Shown here: piece by piece, positions 1-11,911 of the stretch
Numbering within the stretch: the first letter of the stretch is position 1
Layout of the letters: the number at the start of each line of letters is the position of its first letter
Sequence record: MH494197.1
Source of the DNA: Escherichia phage CMSTMSU
Strand: one strand, 5' to 3'
Length of the DNA: 64,000 bases
The notes under the pieces: generated by a model
The model's database searches: none
The model's input: the letters and a program-made list of their open reading frames with translations, nothing else
What the model was told of the DNA's origin: nothing
Program-made: the position numbers and the translations under genes

Positions 1-221
1 AATATATAGATTTGATACTAAACGGTTAGTTGGGAATAATGTAATTCTAATCTTTGATAAATCTGGACTTACGTTTGCTTGTATATTATAATCTGTATAA
101 TCTGAATATTCAACTCGTGTAACTGGTGAAGTGCATTCAAATAATGAATCATTACTAGTTCCAACTGAATATAATCTTTCATAAATTTTCAAATTATTAG
201 CACTTGTGTAGTTAACACTTC

Positions 222-1456
222 TTAAGGTTTGACCAGAAAACCAGTAACCTTAGCAAAAGTACTCATAGTACCATCTTTAATACTACTTGTATTAACAGTA
301 TATAATGTTAAAGCCAAACCATAGTTTGCTATAGTAGTGTCTTTGCACCACACAAATACTTTATCATTGACGATATGTGCATATAATGGTTTATCTGTAC
401 CAAATGATGTAGCAGCGATAGAAGCGTGAATATGTGCAACTTCGTTAAATGTACCATTTGTTAAAGTGAAAATATAATTACTTGCACTAGATAGGCTAAC
501 TAGTAATTCATAACCATTCGTTCCGATAAACTGTTTAACATTTTCAGTACTTGGAAGAATTCTAGGATGATATTTTGATGTAGTACTGATAACACTACTT
601 TGTGTTAGTGCATCAATATTACGCAAATCACGAATGAATGCATAGTAATATCCTTCAGTACTACCATTTGTACCAGCACGTAATACCACACCAGTACCAT
701 CATCTTCGACTATTGTTGGTTGCATACGGTATACATCTGAAAGCGACGTTGCCTTCGTATGAACCATTAACGTTTAATGGTAGATAATCCATTTCTATAC
801 GGGAGATTGGTAACATATCAAGTATTTTTGAACTTCTGATCTTTTATAAATTGGATAGTCAACAATACCTGTATTTGCGTCTGGTGCTGTACCATTAAAA
901 GTACGCATAGCGTACTTTCCACCAATTGCCAAATTTCCAAGTATAGCAGCACTACCAATGATGCGTTTGGATGACATATTCTTTTCCTTTAATTACCAGC
1001 CTAATGTACCAGTTTGTGTTGGATTTCCAGTACTGACTGGGAAAGATGAACCTTTTGTGTTGTACTTGGTCTGTATGTATTGAATCGTGATACGCGTTCA
1101 ATGTTGATAGCAGTAATACCAGAAGTTCCAACGGTAATAGTCCCGATGAACATTATAATCTGTGATTCTTGTAATTGTGAAGTTGAGATTCTATAAATTG
1201 GCTCACCCAGTACTAAAGTAGCGTATACATATTGTGTTTGTGTGCCTGATGCCACTGTTGGTGCTGTCACTGCAACAACAGGGTAATTATAAAGATAGCC
1301 ACCGATGAATGCAGGTATCTCTCGGTTAAAACGTAATGAATAACCGCTTGATGTAATTGACAAACTAGATACATCATAAAGTTCACCATATTGTGATAAT
1401 GGTAAACCGTTAACAATAGAATCAACTTCATCTTTTGTTAAGAGGGGAATGTACAT
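222..1456 (-). CDS. putative tail fibre/adhesin-like structural protein (frameshift-fragmented)
   Basis: ORF fragments 1001-1456, 795-977, 222-767; S/T/N/G/Y-rich; N-terminal LPLSQYG motif and DGTGVVLRAGTNGSTEG segment paralogous to 3810-4169; function inferred from composition only. Confidence 0.3.
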
Positions 1457-1590
1457 TCCCCATTTGCGTCTGTTCGATACGATACGTCATTAATATCACT
1501 AATAGATAGTCCAGTGTTTTTATTCTGGACTACGATTTGTGACATAGCTTCGATATCGGATCTTATAATATATGCCATAAGATTAATCCT

Positions 1591-2673
1591 TTACCAATTA
1601 ATTGTTCCTGTTTGTGACGGTAGACCATAACTAACTGGGAATGAAGAACCAGCAGCTTCAAGAGACGCACCGAAAATATCCAATCTTGAACGTTTTTGTA
1701 TGTTAACATTTGATATTTGTATTGAGTTTGTTTGTATAGTACCTATCCAGAAAATATTATATGCTGTAGTACCAGTCTCTGAAATAACATCAGTTGTTAT
1801 TACATATTTTGCATTACCTTGTTCCATTTTAACATATACATGAAATAATGTGTTTGCTGGATTAGCCTTAACTGTAGTTAAGTTTATACTAGTAATCGGT
1901 AATGTAAATGCTTTACCAGAAAGAATTACTGGAGTTTCTTCTGTGAAGTACACAATAAAACCTTGAGCAACGTCTTGTGAAACTACGTTAATCGGTGCAC
2001 CTTGAGCAGTCCAGTTATTATAATCAGCAATTGTAGTACCACATTTTGGAAAGTCATTTTGTTTACATAGTCTATTGCTTGGAAATAACCAAAACCAATA
2101 CCGTAAAGCTGCTGGTTGAATACCTTGCTCATAACTTGCATGTGAACCACTGATAATAAAACTATCAAATTGTGCAGTTGCTTTTGTTACATATGCTCTG
2201 AATTGGTGTGTGTTTGTATTACCAATAGTTGGGTGAGATAATGGGTCAGAACCACCTATGAAGTAGAAAGAACCACCATCATATATTGTTAAACCAACAG
2301 AAGACGATGCAAAACTACCATTACCATTTGGTGTAAAGTTACTTCCGTAAACGTTTTCTAGTACTAAACGCTTGAAGGTAATTGTAGTGATATTACCTGA
2401 ACGTGTATTCACATTCACTTCAGCAATTCTAATATAGTTCTGATATGTATTTGTAACTGTACTTAGCATTACAAATGCAGGTATATCAGTTTGTTGTGGA
2501 ACAAACAATGTCATATCTTTATAAGCAGCAGGAGATAAGTTCCAGTCGCTTAGTACTTTGGCGTATTCAGCATTTCTGAAATTATCAAGTACAGATTGAG
2601 TAACACTAATGATACCAGTTCCGTTCATATTTTTATCATATGATAGTGATTGGGAATATCTCTGACCTACCAT
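1591..2673 (-). CDS. S/T/N/G-rich fibre-like structural protein
   Basis: intact 360 aa ORF, many NxT/S sites, Gly/Ser/Thr/Asn-rich, ends PVSYGLPSQTGTINW; no catalytic motifs. Confidence 0.35.
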   Translation of the reverse strand: MVGQRYSQSLSYDKNMNGTGIISVTQSVLDNFRNAEYAKVLSDWNLSPAAYKDMTLFVPQQTDIPAFVMLSTVTNTYQNYIRIAEVNVNTRSGNITTITFKRLVLENVYGSNFTPNGNGSFASSSVGLTIYDGGSFYFIGGSDPLSHPTIGNTNTHQFRAYVTKATAQFDSFIISGSHASYEQGIQPAALRYWFWLFPSNRLCKQNDFPKCGTTIADYNNWTAQGAPINVVSQDVAQGFIVYFTEETPVILSGKAFTLPITSINLTTVKANPANTLFHVYVKMEQGNAKYVITTDVISETGTTAYNIFWIGTIQTNSIQISNVNIQKRSRLDIFGASLEAAGSSFPVSYGLPSQTGTINW

Positions 2674-2817
2674 GAATATCCCACCATTTGTAGTAACATT
2701 ATTACCACTAATGGAACTAATAAAACTCTGTTGTTCGTGTTATCTGTCACATTAGCACGTTCTGTTGTTGGCTCATAACCTTGTATGGTTCCACGTGATA
2801 AAGAATTAAACGTAAAG

Positions 2818-4169
2818 TTAGAGTACTTTTATGAACTGCATAAGATGGACGGAATGCACCAGAACCAGTTGAACGAGAATACTGTTTAGTACTGTTCCCG
2901 GAAGCAATTCTACGCCGTTAATAAAAGAACCAACTGCTGAACCAAATGAAGGACGAACTATGCCATTTCTGAAATCAGTTGAAATGTTCGCACGTACATT
3001 AATCATGCTATATATTGATTGTGCAGTAAATTTAGCTTTCTGCATAAGTAATGGTTCTGCTAAGTTTGGACATGCAGTACAGAATACTTCACCTGTATTC
3101 AAATAATAATATGAACTGTAAATGTTTCTTGCACCGCTATGGTCATATAACGGATCGTTGTTGAGAACATTACCAGTAGCAACCAATGCCGAACCTGTGT
3201 TTGTAACAACAAATGGTGCAGCAAATGTACCAATATCGTTCCCATTATCCAAGTTACATTGTTTAGTACTCATGTTAAAATTGAAACTATAACTATGCTG
3301 TGGTCGGGTATTGTAGTTTGCCATAGTGAACCATGCGTCACCATTCATTCTGAATCGGAAGTTCTGCGTTCCGGCTCCTGAGCAACATATAAATCGATAG
3401 ATGTCATATAAATCCCCATACCAGCCAAATTTTGTGGTACATAGACATAGGGCTTATCAGCAATATTAGTTGAGTTAACATGGTCAGTAATGATCATATT
3501 ATTCTGAGCAGTATATGTAGTATTGTAAAAGTTTTTGTTGTCCACCCCGTGATTCGGGTAGCAGTATAAGTACCGTTTGCAATATTCAACACAACACGAA
3601 CAACAACAATCTGTAGTTTGTTATTTTCATTAAGGACGTTGAATACATAAACTGAACCGTCTTCTGCCATCATAGCATACTCAATCCCACCTTCAGGTGA
3701 AATATCAGCTTGGTTCACAAAAGACCACTATGTTGAGTATCATCCAATGTACCATTCGTTACTGATATAAACAACCCATTAGTATTGGTAGATGTGTCAT
3801 TGTAACGACCTAACAGTATTTTTGAATCGGTATTGTATAAACCAATAGCAACACGGTTTGCCCCAAAATAGCCGGCTTATACTGACGGCTTGTATTAACA
3901 GTACGGCTCATATCGGTAACGGATAATGCGTTCGCTAGGTAAGAATAAAATAAACCTTCAACACTACCGTTTGTACCACTACGTAATAGTACTAATGTGC
4001 CATCGTTTTCTAAAAGTATTTTGTTTCTACGTTGGGATTGGTTTTCTGATGCACCATTAAAATCACCAGATACCCCAGCAGGTAGATAGTTATGTGTACC
4101 ATAATGCGAGATTGGAAGTAAACTAATTACATCAAGTAATTCTTCTTTGGAATATGTATCAATTTCCAT
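2818..4169 (-). CDS. putative tail fibre/adhesin-like protein (frameshift-fragmented)
   Basis: fragments 3810-4169, 3494-3718, 3345-3545, 2818-3348; N-terminal LLPISHYG and DGTLVLLRSGTNGSVEG paralogous to 222-1456. Confidence 0.3.
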
Positions 4170-4322
4170 ATTACCATTAGCATCAAATACTTGATCATTG
4201 ATACCCTGTACTGTTCTTTTCCTTTAACTGTCACATTATGAGTGACGTCTAAGCCACCATATATTTTCTTTGACATACATATCCCTTGTAATTTAGATAT
4301 TAGTTACTGTATTTATGAATGT

Positions 4323-4346
4323 AATAAAAAGCACCCATTGGGTGCT
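4323..4346 (-). terminator. rho-independent terminator-like hairpin downstream of nrdG
   Basis: plus-strand AGCACCC-att-GGGTGCT stem-loop preceded by A-run (U-tract on minus strand) directly after nrdG stop. Confidence 0.5.
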
Positions 4347-4351
4347 TGTGT

Positions 4352-4820
4352 TTAAAAGTCTTTATTTTTATATAAAATTCGTTGGTTATTTGAACCACGA
4401 AATGGTAATGTTAAATTCTTTTCTTCTGAAACAAATTTACCATCAACTAATACATCTAAGTACTGAAGAATGTCTTTAGCATGATTATTCATAATCTCTT
4501 CTAAAGTATATCCACTCCAGCACCAAATAGTTTTATTGGGATAAGTTTCTTTTACAATCTTACATAGTTCTAAAATTGTTTCTATGTTCTTTTTCATTAG
4601 AGGATCTCCACCAAGGAGGGATAATCCACTAACGTAAGGCTTACTGAGTTCAGCTAAAATTATATCAATTGTATCAGTACTGAACTCTTGTCCACTTCTA
4701 TAATCCCATGCTTCTTCGTTGAAGCATCCGGCACACCCATGACTGCACCCACTAACAAAAGGGAGCATCTTACTCCCTCCCATTAATAAGGTCGTCTTTA
4801 ATTATCGTCTGGTAATTCAT
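4352..4820 (-). CDS. nrdG: anaerobic ribonucleotide reductase activating protein (radical SAM)
   Basis: CSHGCAGC radical-SAM cysteine cluster, GGDPL, IWCWSGY, DGKF, RGSNNQR motifs matching T4 NrdG; N-terminus MNYQ... recovered upstream of a 1-nt frameshift near 4785. Confidence 0.85.
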
Positions 4821-4873
4821 CTAATATTGCACTCACTATCTCAACGAGAACATCACCATGACATGATTTCGGT

Positions 4874-5104
4874 TTACAGAAACAGCCAAGACGTTTCTGC
4901 TAACTCAAGTAAATCATCAATCTTAACTTCTCCATTAGAAATACGCTCAATAATGTATTCTCTGAACTTTTCGATTGATTCTTCCCTTGTAGCAACAATG
5001 AACTCGGCTTTGGTCTGTTTATCACTGATATGGGTAAATGGGTTTCCATTTAGACCCACGCCCGATATACACATCATACGGTTCTTTATATTTGTTAACC
5101 ACAA
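4874..5104 (-). CDS. hypothetical protein
   Basis: 76 aa ORF between nrdD and nrdG on the same strand. Confidence 0.3.
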   Translation of the reverse strand: MWLTNIKNRMMCISGVGLNGNPFTHISDKQTKAEFIVATREESIEKFREYIIERISNGEVKIDDLLELAETSWLFL

Positions 5105-6956
5105 TTGGCTTTAAATCCATAATGTACCTTATTTGTGTTGTATACGCTCACAACATTCTTGTTGTTTTCCTTTGTTGAATCCACGAGACGATGGGTTCCC
5201 AAATATCCAGAAACACGACGAATCACTGAGATTGTCTTCTCATTGCGATTATCACATACTGGACAATGAAAACCGTGTTTATCTACACTGAACTCACCTT
5301 TATACCCACACTCGTAACACTGGTCAATTGGCTGGTTGATGCCAAAATATGGAATCTTTGTGTAAGCGTAATTGACTAAAGTCTCAAGTGCTTGAATATT
5401 GTTACTTAGGTTGGGTGATTCAACATAACTGATGTTTCCACCATTACTGAGGTAAGCAAATCCCTCTTCGTAACTCCACTTATCAAATGGTGAACTTTCT
5501 ACCCATACTGGTTGATGGAAGGAATTTGTGATGTAATCACGTTTTAGTACTGAAGGGTATTTAGATTCGATGCAACGTGCAAATTTGTAGCAAAGTGACT
5601 CTGCTGGGGTTCCATATAGACTAAAAGCTATATTACTCTCTTTTTGAACTCATCGCATTTTACTTTCATATAATTCAGTACTGACATACAGAACTCCTTA
5701 CTGATAGAACCAGTCAGAATTTCTGAACATTCAACTAAACCAACGTAACCAATACTAATACTAGCATATCCGTTATAAAATAGCTTGTCAATCGTTTCTT
5801 CTGCCCCTAAACGTGAAAGTGCACCTTCCATGAACAAAATCGGATTCTGCTTCGCTTTTGTGCCTTTTAAACGCTCTACGCGGTTCATCTGAGCACGATA
5901 TGCAATATTCATATGCTCGTCTATTTTATCAAAAACTCTCCATCTGAGGCACTTTCAAGAGCAATTAGAGGTAAATTGATAGAAACTACGCCTAAGTTGA
6001 AACGACCGTTATATTGCTCATTTCCATTGGAATCTTCCCATTTTCCCAAAATGAACGACAGCCCATCGGGGTTACTGCTGTACTGCTACTTCCTGTAACT
6101 TTGTGATTTAACGGCACAGAAACGAAGTCTGGGTAGATTCTCTTCGATGCACAACGCATTGCCAACTGTTTCATGTCATAGTTGCAATCATCGCTATTCA
6201 TGTTGATTCCGTCCTGTAAAAAGAAAATTACTTTAGGAAACACAGGAGTAATCTTATCTTTACCTAAACCATTCTCATGTACTTTTAAGTACTGTTCAGT
6301 GATTAATTTGCCAAATTTTGAAGTATTCAGTCCTAAACTAAGAGAAATGAATGCTGCTTGTCCGTTTGTACTAATCATTGAATTTGTCTGGTAAAGTAAG
6401 GTTTGACACCCATCATAGACTTCTTTTCGTAATTCTTCCTCAATGTATTCAGTACTGAGATTATATGCCTTTTGCTTCGCTAATAGCTTATCCCACGACT
6501 TTTGGACGTAAGGTTCAAGACCAACGTCGATATGAGCCAACGATTGACCACCGTACTGGGAACTTGCAACAGCTTGTACAATTTGTGTCAGTACTGTACA
6601 TGCTACACTAAAACTCTTTGGTTCTTCAATTTTGGCACAACCAATGGTAAATCCATTTTTAGCATATCTGGATAGTTAACCAAGCAACAGTTAGTTAATG
6701 GGCTGATATAGTAGTCTAAATCATGAATGTGACCATAACCATCATTATGCCACTGCATTAGCTCCTTTGGAATAACATCTTGTGAATAATGCTTAGATAG
6801 GATACCAGCAAGTAAATCCCTGTGTGTATTGACGCATTTCGCATCTTTGTTTGCATTTTCATTTGTAAGATCAGTATTGCTCTGATTTAGGAAATTTGTT
6901 ACGTCAGTATATAATTTATCTAATTGCATTTTACTTTCCTTGTATTTTGAAATCAT
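5095..6956 (-). CDS. nrdD: anaerobic ribonucleoside-triphosphate reductase (frameshift-fragmented)
   Basis: fragments 6603-6956, 5992-6540, 5628-5912 plus C-terminal region; glycyl-radical motif RRVSGYLG translated from about 5190-5215; total about 620 codons; frame changes at about 6540-6603 and 5912-5992. Confidence 0.85.
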
Positions 6957-7060
6957 CTGGGGTGAAGTTATTTAACATCACCAGACACCATTATAGCGTC
7001 AGAACAGGGTATTTCTATTGATCTATATCAAGGAAAGGTCACATTGCTTTTATTTGCACA

Positions 7061-7088
7061 AATAGAAAAAGCACCTCTAGGTGCTTTA
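7061..7088 (-). terminator. rho-independent terminator-like hairpin upstream of nrdD
   Basis: GCACC-tcta-GGTGC stem-loop with flanking A-run on plus strand (U-tract on minus). Confidence 0.5.
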
Positions 7089-7089
7089 A

Positions 7090-7127
7090 AGTACTGCTAA
7101 TATAAAACTGCCCAAATTAGCAGTACT
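7090..7127 (-). repeat. perfect 12-bp inverted repeat anchored on AGTACT
   Basis: AGTACTGCTAAT ... 14 nt loop ... ATTAGCAGTACT, next to the terminator at 7061-7088. Confidence 0.45.
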
Positions 7128-7209
7128 ACATTGGTTGGAGCGGCAAAAACATATATGCAGCAATAGCACTGCATCCGATTACAAGTTTAGCTAGTCTCAT
7201 CTGGACTCC

Positions 7210-7770
7210 ATGTAATAGTCACAGTAAATGTGCCTTCTTGGAAACCAAACTCATCTTGTGGGATTTGACCAGCTAATGGGTTAAATCTTGAATCGAATGC
7301 TTCATGTACGTCTCGCTGAATATCATAGAGACTTTCACCATCGTATTCTTTTTAAAGATTTCATTCTGCATTTATACGTAACGACCCTCGTATTCTGTCT
7401 GGATATCCATCAAATAGATCAATGAATTGGTTTAACGCATAAGTACTGATGAATGGATTATTCTTTGCAAGTTCTATGCGTTTTTCAAAATCCATTAATA
7501 TAATCTCTGGTCTACTGAAATTTCCTTTACGTCTATATGTTAGTAAACGCTCGGTATGACCACTGAACTGAAATTCAAAATATGTTGATGCTGCATAATC
7601 ACTTCCATCAGGAACCGGAATTGAAAAATCAACATTGAACTTATTACCAAATGCGAAAAATACCCACCATCTTCGTGTGGTATAGTTTTATCATTTAGAT
7701 GGAAATCTATTTCATCACCTAATATATCAAATATCTTGATACTTAGAGACATAAAATCATCGGCTAACAT
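7210..7770 (-). CDS. hypothetical protein (frameshift-fragmented)
   Basis: ORF 7540-7770 continues in another frame to about 7210; about 186 aa when merged. Confidence 0.3.
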
Positions 7771-7994
7771 TTTTTTACCTTATTTTATAGCTCTACAATA
7801 GAAATGAATAATATACGGAAATATAGGATTATCGACGTATGTTGCAAAATTAGCTATGGTAATTTTTTATAGTACGAGTTATGTATGGATATAATGGTTT
7901 GTGGGTCGATTGCTTCTCTATTTGATAGTTCAACAAAACGACCACACTTCATATAAGCCTTACCATAATAATCGTAAGTTATCTCATATTGATC

Positions 7995-8352
7995 CATTTA
8001 TTCTGGTTCTTTGTTTTATCTACAGTATTGTTTTGTTTAGATCAATTTGTAACGCCATTGCAGCTTCAGTATTTTCTTCATGTGTACCATTGAATTTATA
8101 CCCATTCTTGATGAGATTCACAGTGTAGTACTTATTATAAAGAAATGCCCACGACCATTGCAATTGTACCCACAATCCAAAAAGACACTGCGTTGAGGAT
8201 GAAGTAAATTACAAATGCACCGATGAACGTAATAAAGTCACCACGAAACAATGCAGGAACGGACCAAAGAACAATGTTGTCCATGAGAATCCAAAGAACC
8301 CATCTTTGCGTTGTCCTACATTTTCATTTTTAAAGAAATAGTTTTAGCCATT
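7995..8352 (-). CDS. predicted membrane protein
   Basis: manual translation MAKTIFFKNENVGQRKDGFFGFSWTTLFFGPF... with hydrophobic helices; one frameshift. Confidence 0.3.
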
Positions 8353-8578
8353 GTTGACTCCTTACATGTTATGATTTGGTATACAGTACACAAATACTAA
8401 ATTGGAAAAGTGTTCAGTACTGGAATATTTTGCTAAATCTGTTATATGGAAGTAGACATCTTTGAAATTATCATTCTCAAATGTCGTTATTTGTAAACAG
8501 TGTGTGGGTCTGAAAATATAATAATAAAATATATCATCTTCAGCCACAACTGTATGGTTTTGTAGCGTTCAATTTTTT

Positions 8579-8943
8579 TCATGTGTGAATAATTTCTTTG
8601 ACCCCATATTCCATAATTGCCAACGTACAAATCTCACAAGGCTTGGCAGGGACTGGAATACCATCTTTACTTACCCGTGCAATCAACAAAGTATGAACTT
8701 CAGCACGAGAAGCCAGCAAACATGAGATTTCAGCATGAAGAAATTCACCTTGTGGACGACCAGCACGGATTGCAAAACCTTTCTGTACTGGGTGAGTATG
8801 TGTGTAAGAATTAGTACGTGTTGCCAATACACGACCTTTCTTATCTAGTGCACGAGCAATCACACGATAACGTTTGTAGCTCCCACTTGCTCGATTGGTG
8901 GCATCCGTCGCAATTCTTCAATTAGTTTCTCAAGTTTACGATT
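8579..8943 (-). CDS. CDA-fold zinc-dependent (deoxy)cytidine/nucleotide deaminase-like protein
   Basis: HAE ... PCEIC zinc-binding signature in ORF 8579-8863; N-terminus MNRKLEKL upstream of a frameshift. Confidence 0.5.
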
Positions 8944-9135
8944 CATAAGTCTAAGTCTATACCCTTTTCAAATGATTTCTCTAGAACCCAAAGTTTACAT
9001 TCTTCACTCTCCAAATGCATCTTTGCCTCTTTCTGTTGTTCTATTGTACAAGACTTTATAAATTCACGCAAGGCTTCTATTGTACTTTTTATATTTTTAT
9101 GTCTTCCAGAATTGTTTCTTTGGCTTCAGCATCAA

Positions 9136-9558
9136 TTACAGATGAACTCCACCCGTGACGTTCTTCCCAAACTGTTTTGCTGGATTGTAAATTGATGATG
9201 TAGAAATGACTGCATGGATCTTATTAAACGTATCGTCTGCTTCTTGTTGGGTGTAATCACCATAAGTGTTTAGCACATTTTTGTATAGTTCATCGATTGC
9301 CTCATCATAAGTATCACCACCGCAATCTAACTCATAATCATGTGCTTGTACCCATTCATCATCTTGCTCAATGTACATAGGTGAGATGAATTCTACCCAA
9401 AATTGTGTCTTTGTATTCAGAGCTTTAAATGATTCAATGCGGTTTGTGATTGGACACACATCATGTGGTTCGATATCAATCCTTGGGGAACCATATCTCT
9501 GTTGATGAATTTAGGATGACCCAAAATCCACCAGTACTTTTCAGATGTAGTCATAGTA
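9136..9558 (-). CDS. hypothetical protein
   Basis: ORF 9136-9459 plus N-terminal extension MTTSEKYWWILGHPKF; acidic. Confidence 0.3.
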
Positions 9559-9956
9559 ATCTCCAATTAAAAGTACTGCCACTATAACAGTACTGATATT
9601 AAATGTAACGTTTCTTTTATAATCATACCCTACTGCTTTGTAAAAGTCAAACAAAGAAGCATGTTCAAATGTAGGTAATAGATCATATGGGTGCTGATAG
9701 TTCGCAATACCAACAATAGCCATCATTGATTCAGCCGTTCTGGAATTTTCACTATCCCATTCATCTAAACGCCAAAGTGAGCAAAGTACCTCGCGTTCAT
9801 GTTGCTTACCCAGAAAGAATTCAGCTTCACGGTCACGAAATGCACCTGCACTGATAGTACTTTTGTACCAGTCTTCTTCACCATAAGCTGGCATACGGAT
9901 AATATGTTTTCTTGAGCTTCACCAAAGCGGTGAAGAAATGCCACATAATCACTCAT
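9541..9956 (-). CDS. hypothetical protein
   Basis: ORFs 9765-9956 and 9541-9894 joined by a frameshift. Confidence 0.3.
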
Positions 9957-10117
9957 AATTTATAACCCATTACAGGTTTGGTATGATCCGGTTCGTAAGA
10001 CTTTTCAGTACTGAACCCTCTGAAATTACCACGACGGCTTCGGACAAGCCATCCCTTCTACACCGTGCTTACCCTGAACCTTTCCGCAGTTTTTGCATTT
10101 GTATCCAATAACTTCTT

Positions 10118-10351
10118 TCATTGTGCATCCTTTGGAATAGTGTTAAGGCGTGTACGGTTTACAATCTTCCTGCACATGAGATTAAGATCTTGCCCATGAC
10201 GCATCTCATGGCAAGCATACAATGTGCCATCATAGTTAAGTTTAGTCAAATTCTGGCGAATGAACTCTGCATCAGCCTCCTGAACTTTAGGTGCACAGCC
10301 TGTTACTAACATCATGAGTGCTGAAACAATTGCAATAGAAATAAATTTCAT
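10118..10351 (-). CDS. putative lipoprotein
   Basis: 77 aa, signal peptide with lipobox-like LVTGC. Confidence 0.45.
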   Translation of the reverse strand: MKFISIAIVSALMMLVTGCAPKVQEADAEFIRQNLTKLNYDGTLYACHEMRHGQDLNLMCRKIVNRTRLNTIPKDAQ

Positions 10352-10356
10352 AATTT

Positions 10357-10536
10357 AATCACCTATACATAAGTACTCGATTGATGGTTTACCATTAACT
10401 AACACAATACCAGTGTGAGTTAATACACAGTTCGTTGGTGCTTCTTCAAATACTGATACGTAAATGTATGAACCATTACTAACTGAACAAGATAATACCA
10501 TAAGAACGGCGATTAGTACAAGTAAAATTTTCATAT
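10357..10536 (-). CDS. small secreted/membrane protein
   Basis: 59 aa manual ORF MKILLVLIAVLMVLSCSVSNG... with N-terminal signal peptide. Confidence 0.3.
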
Positions 10537-10592
10537 GAACCTACTTTTTGATTTATGTAATGCAATTTGTACTCGCGTAATGAACTCACGCT

Positions 10593-11186
10593 CTACTTCA
10601 TCTGAATTAACACCATCATATTGTGTTTTGAATAGTTCCATAGCTTTGATAGCCATCTGAACTGAAAGATCAGCAATACTTTCAGTACTGGTACTTTCAA
10701 ATACATTTTGAGGCTTAGTTCACCATCATCAATACATTCTTTTGGTTTGTTGATTTCTGGTACTTGGATGTATCGCAATGCTTTGTATTCTGCTTTGGTC
10801 AGATTCCCAGTCCATCTTGGTTCATTGAACAAGTCATGCATTGTAATGCCAGCTTCACCCATTAGGTGTACTAACTCTTCATTTCGGCGAATATGCTTTT
10901 CTTCATCTTTGAAATTTTTGTAAGTGTAAGCACAACGCATGATAGCCAAACGTACTTCACCACTTTTAGTAATTGTATACGTATGAATTGCATTATCGTA
11001 GTCACTTTCCCATTGTTGACCCGCATATTCGTACCAAAGGTCATTTGTCTCCCAACGGAGCATTTTACCTTCTAGTAGCTCGTCAATCATTTTAGCCATG
11101 TTACCATGATATTCACAACTGGTAATATTAAATCCACCATTGTACTTTGCAAGGTATAGAATCTTTTCTTGTGATACATTTTTCAT
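10593..11186 (-). CDS. hypothetical protein
   Basis: 197 aa ORF, C-terminus likely frameshifted. Confidence 0.35.
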   Translation of the reverse strand: MKNVSQEKILYLAKYNGGFNITSCEYHGNMAKMIDELLEGKMLRWETNDLWYEYAGQQWESDYDNAIHTYTITKSGEVRLAIMRCAYTYKNFKDEEKHIRRNEELVHLMGEAGITMHDLFNEPRWTGNLTKAEYKALRYIQVPEINKPKECIDDGELSLKMYLKVPVLKVLLIFQFRWLSKLWNYSKHNMMVLIQMK

Positions 11187-11524
11187 TACATGTAATCCTT
11201 GATGTATTTTAGCAGTTTAGATTTCTCTTCGGTACTTAATGATTTCTTGTTCATCAAGTGTTTCATTTCTTGACGTTCAATTTCTTCACATATTTTAGAT
11301 TCAGCTTCAATTCGTGCATGGTATTCTTCGTCAGTTTCTTCTCTGGTCCAAATTACATTGTATCCATGAAAACCGCCGTAACCACCGTCTGGTGTAAGAC
11401 TAATGTGACCGTTATATTCAGCACGATACTTATTAAGAGTGTCAATAAAGGTATCAATGCCACACGGTTCAATTTCAATATAACCAATCACTACAGTAAC
11501 TTCAATTTTGTTCATAAAGTTCAC
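11186..11524 (-). CDS. hypothetical protein
   Basis: 112 aa ORF, acidic/Lys-rich C-terminus. Confidence 0.4.
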   Translation of the reverse strand: MNFMNKIEVTVVIGYIEIEPCGIDTFIDTLNKYRAEYNGHISLTPDGGYGGFHGYNVIWTREETDEEYHARIEAESKICEEIERQEMKHLMNKKSLSTEEKSKLLKYIKDYM

Positions 11525-11911
11525 CTATAAAATTAGGAGCATTAGCTCCTTTGTATTGATGTTTACGTTTTGTACTGTATTTCCAGCCAGTACTGTGTCT
11601 TGTTCTGATATCGTCCCAATACGATGGTAATGAACGCATCTTACGTCTTCCACGTATTTCAGGTTCCCCTCATCCTTCAGTACTGCACAAGCCATACGAC
11701 GCTCTTGTTGGGTCTTAGGACGTTTGTATCGGGAGTGGTTATGTTTGTACATATACGAACGCTTGTGTCGCCATTCAGTGTCACGAGCATTTCGTTTATG
11801 CTCCCAGTACTCATTATAGAGTATCATGTATTCACCCATAAGTAAATCAGGAGATACAAGTAATCCTTTTTCAGTACAAAGATAATAACCTACGAACTTT
11901 TCTGGATACAT
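11525..11911 (-). CDS. hypothetical basic protein
   Basis: 128 aa ORF rich in R/K/H/Y. Confidence 0.35.
   Translation of the reverse strand: MYPEKFVGYYLCTEKGLLVSPDLLMGEYMILYNEYWEHKRNARDTEWRHKRSYMYKHNHSRYKRPKTQQERRMACAVLKDEGNLKYVEDVRCVHYHRIGTISEQDTVLAGNTVQNVNINTKELMLLIL

Noticed and set aside
5095-6956. Possible group I intron or homing endonuclease interrupting nrdD, as in T4 sunY/I-TevII
   Set aside because: The NrdD coding length is contiguous (about 620 codons) and the breaks are 1-nt frame changes, not a multi-hundred-bp insertion; no GIY-YIG or HNH ORF is present.
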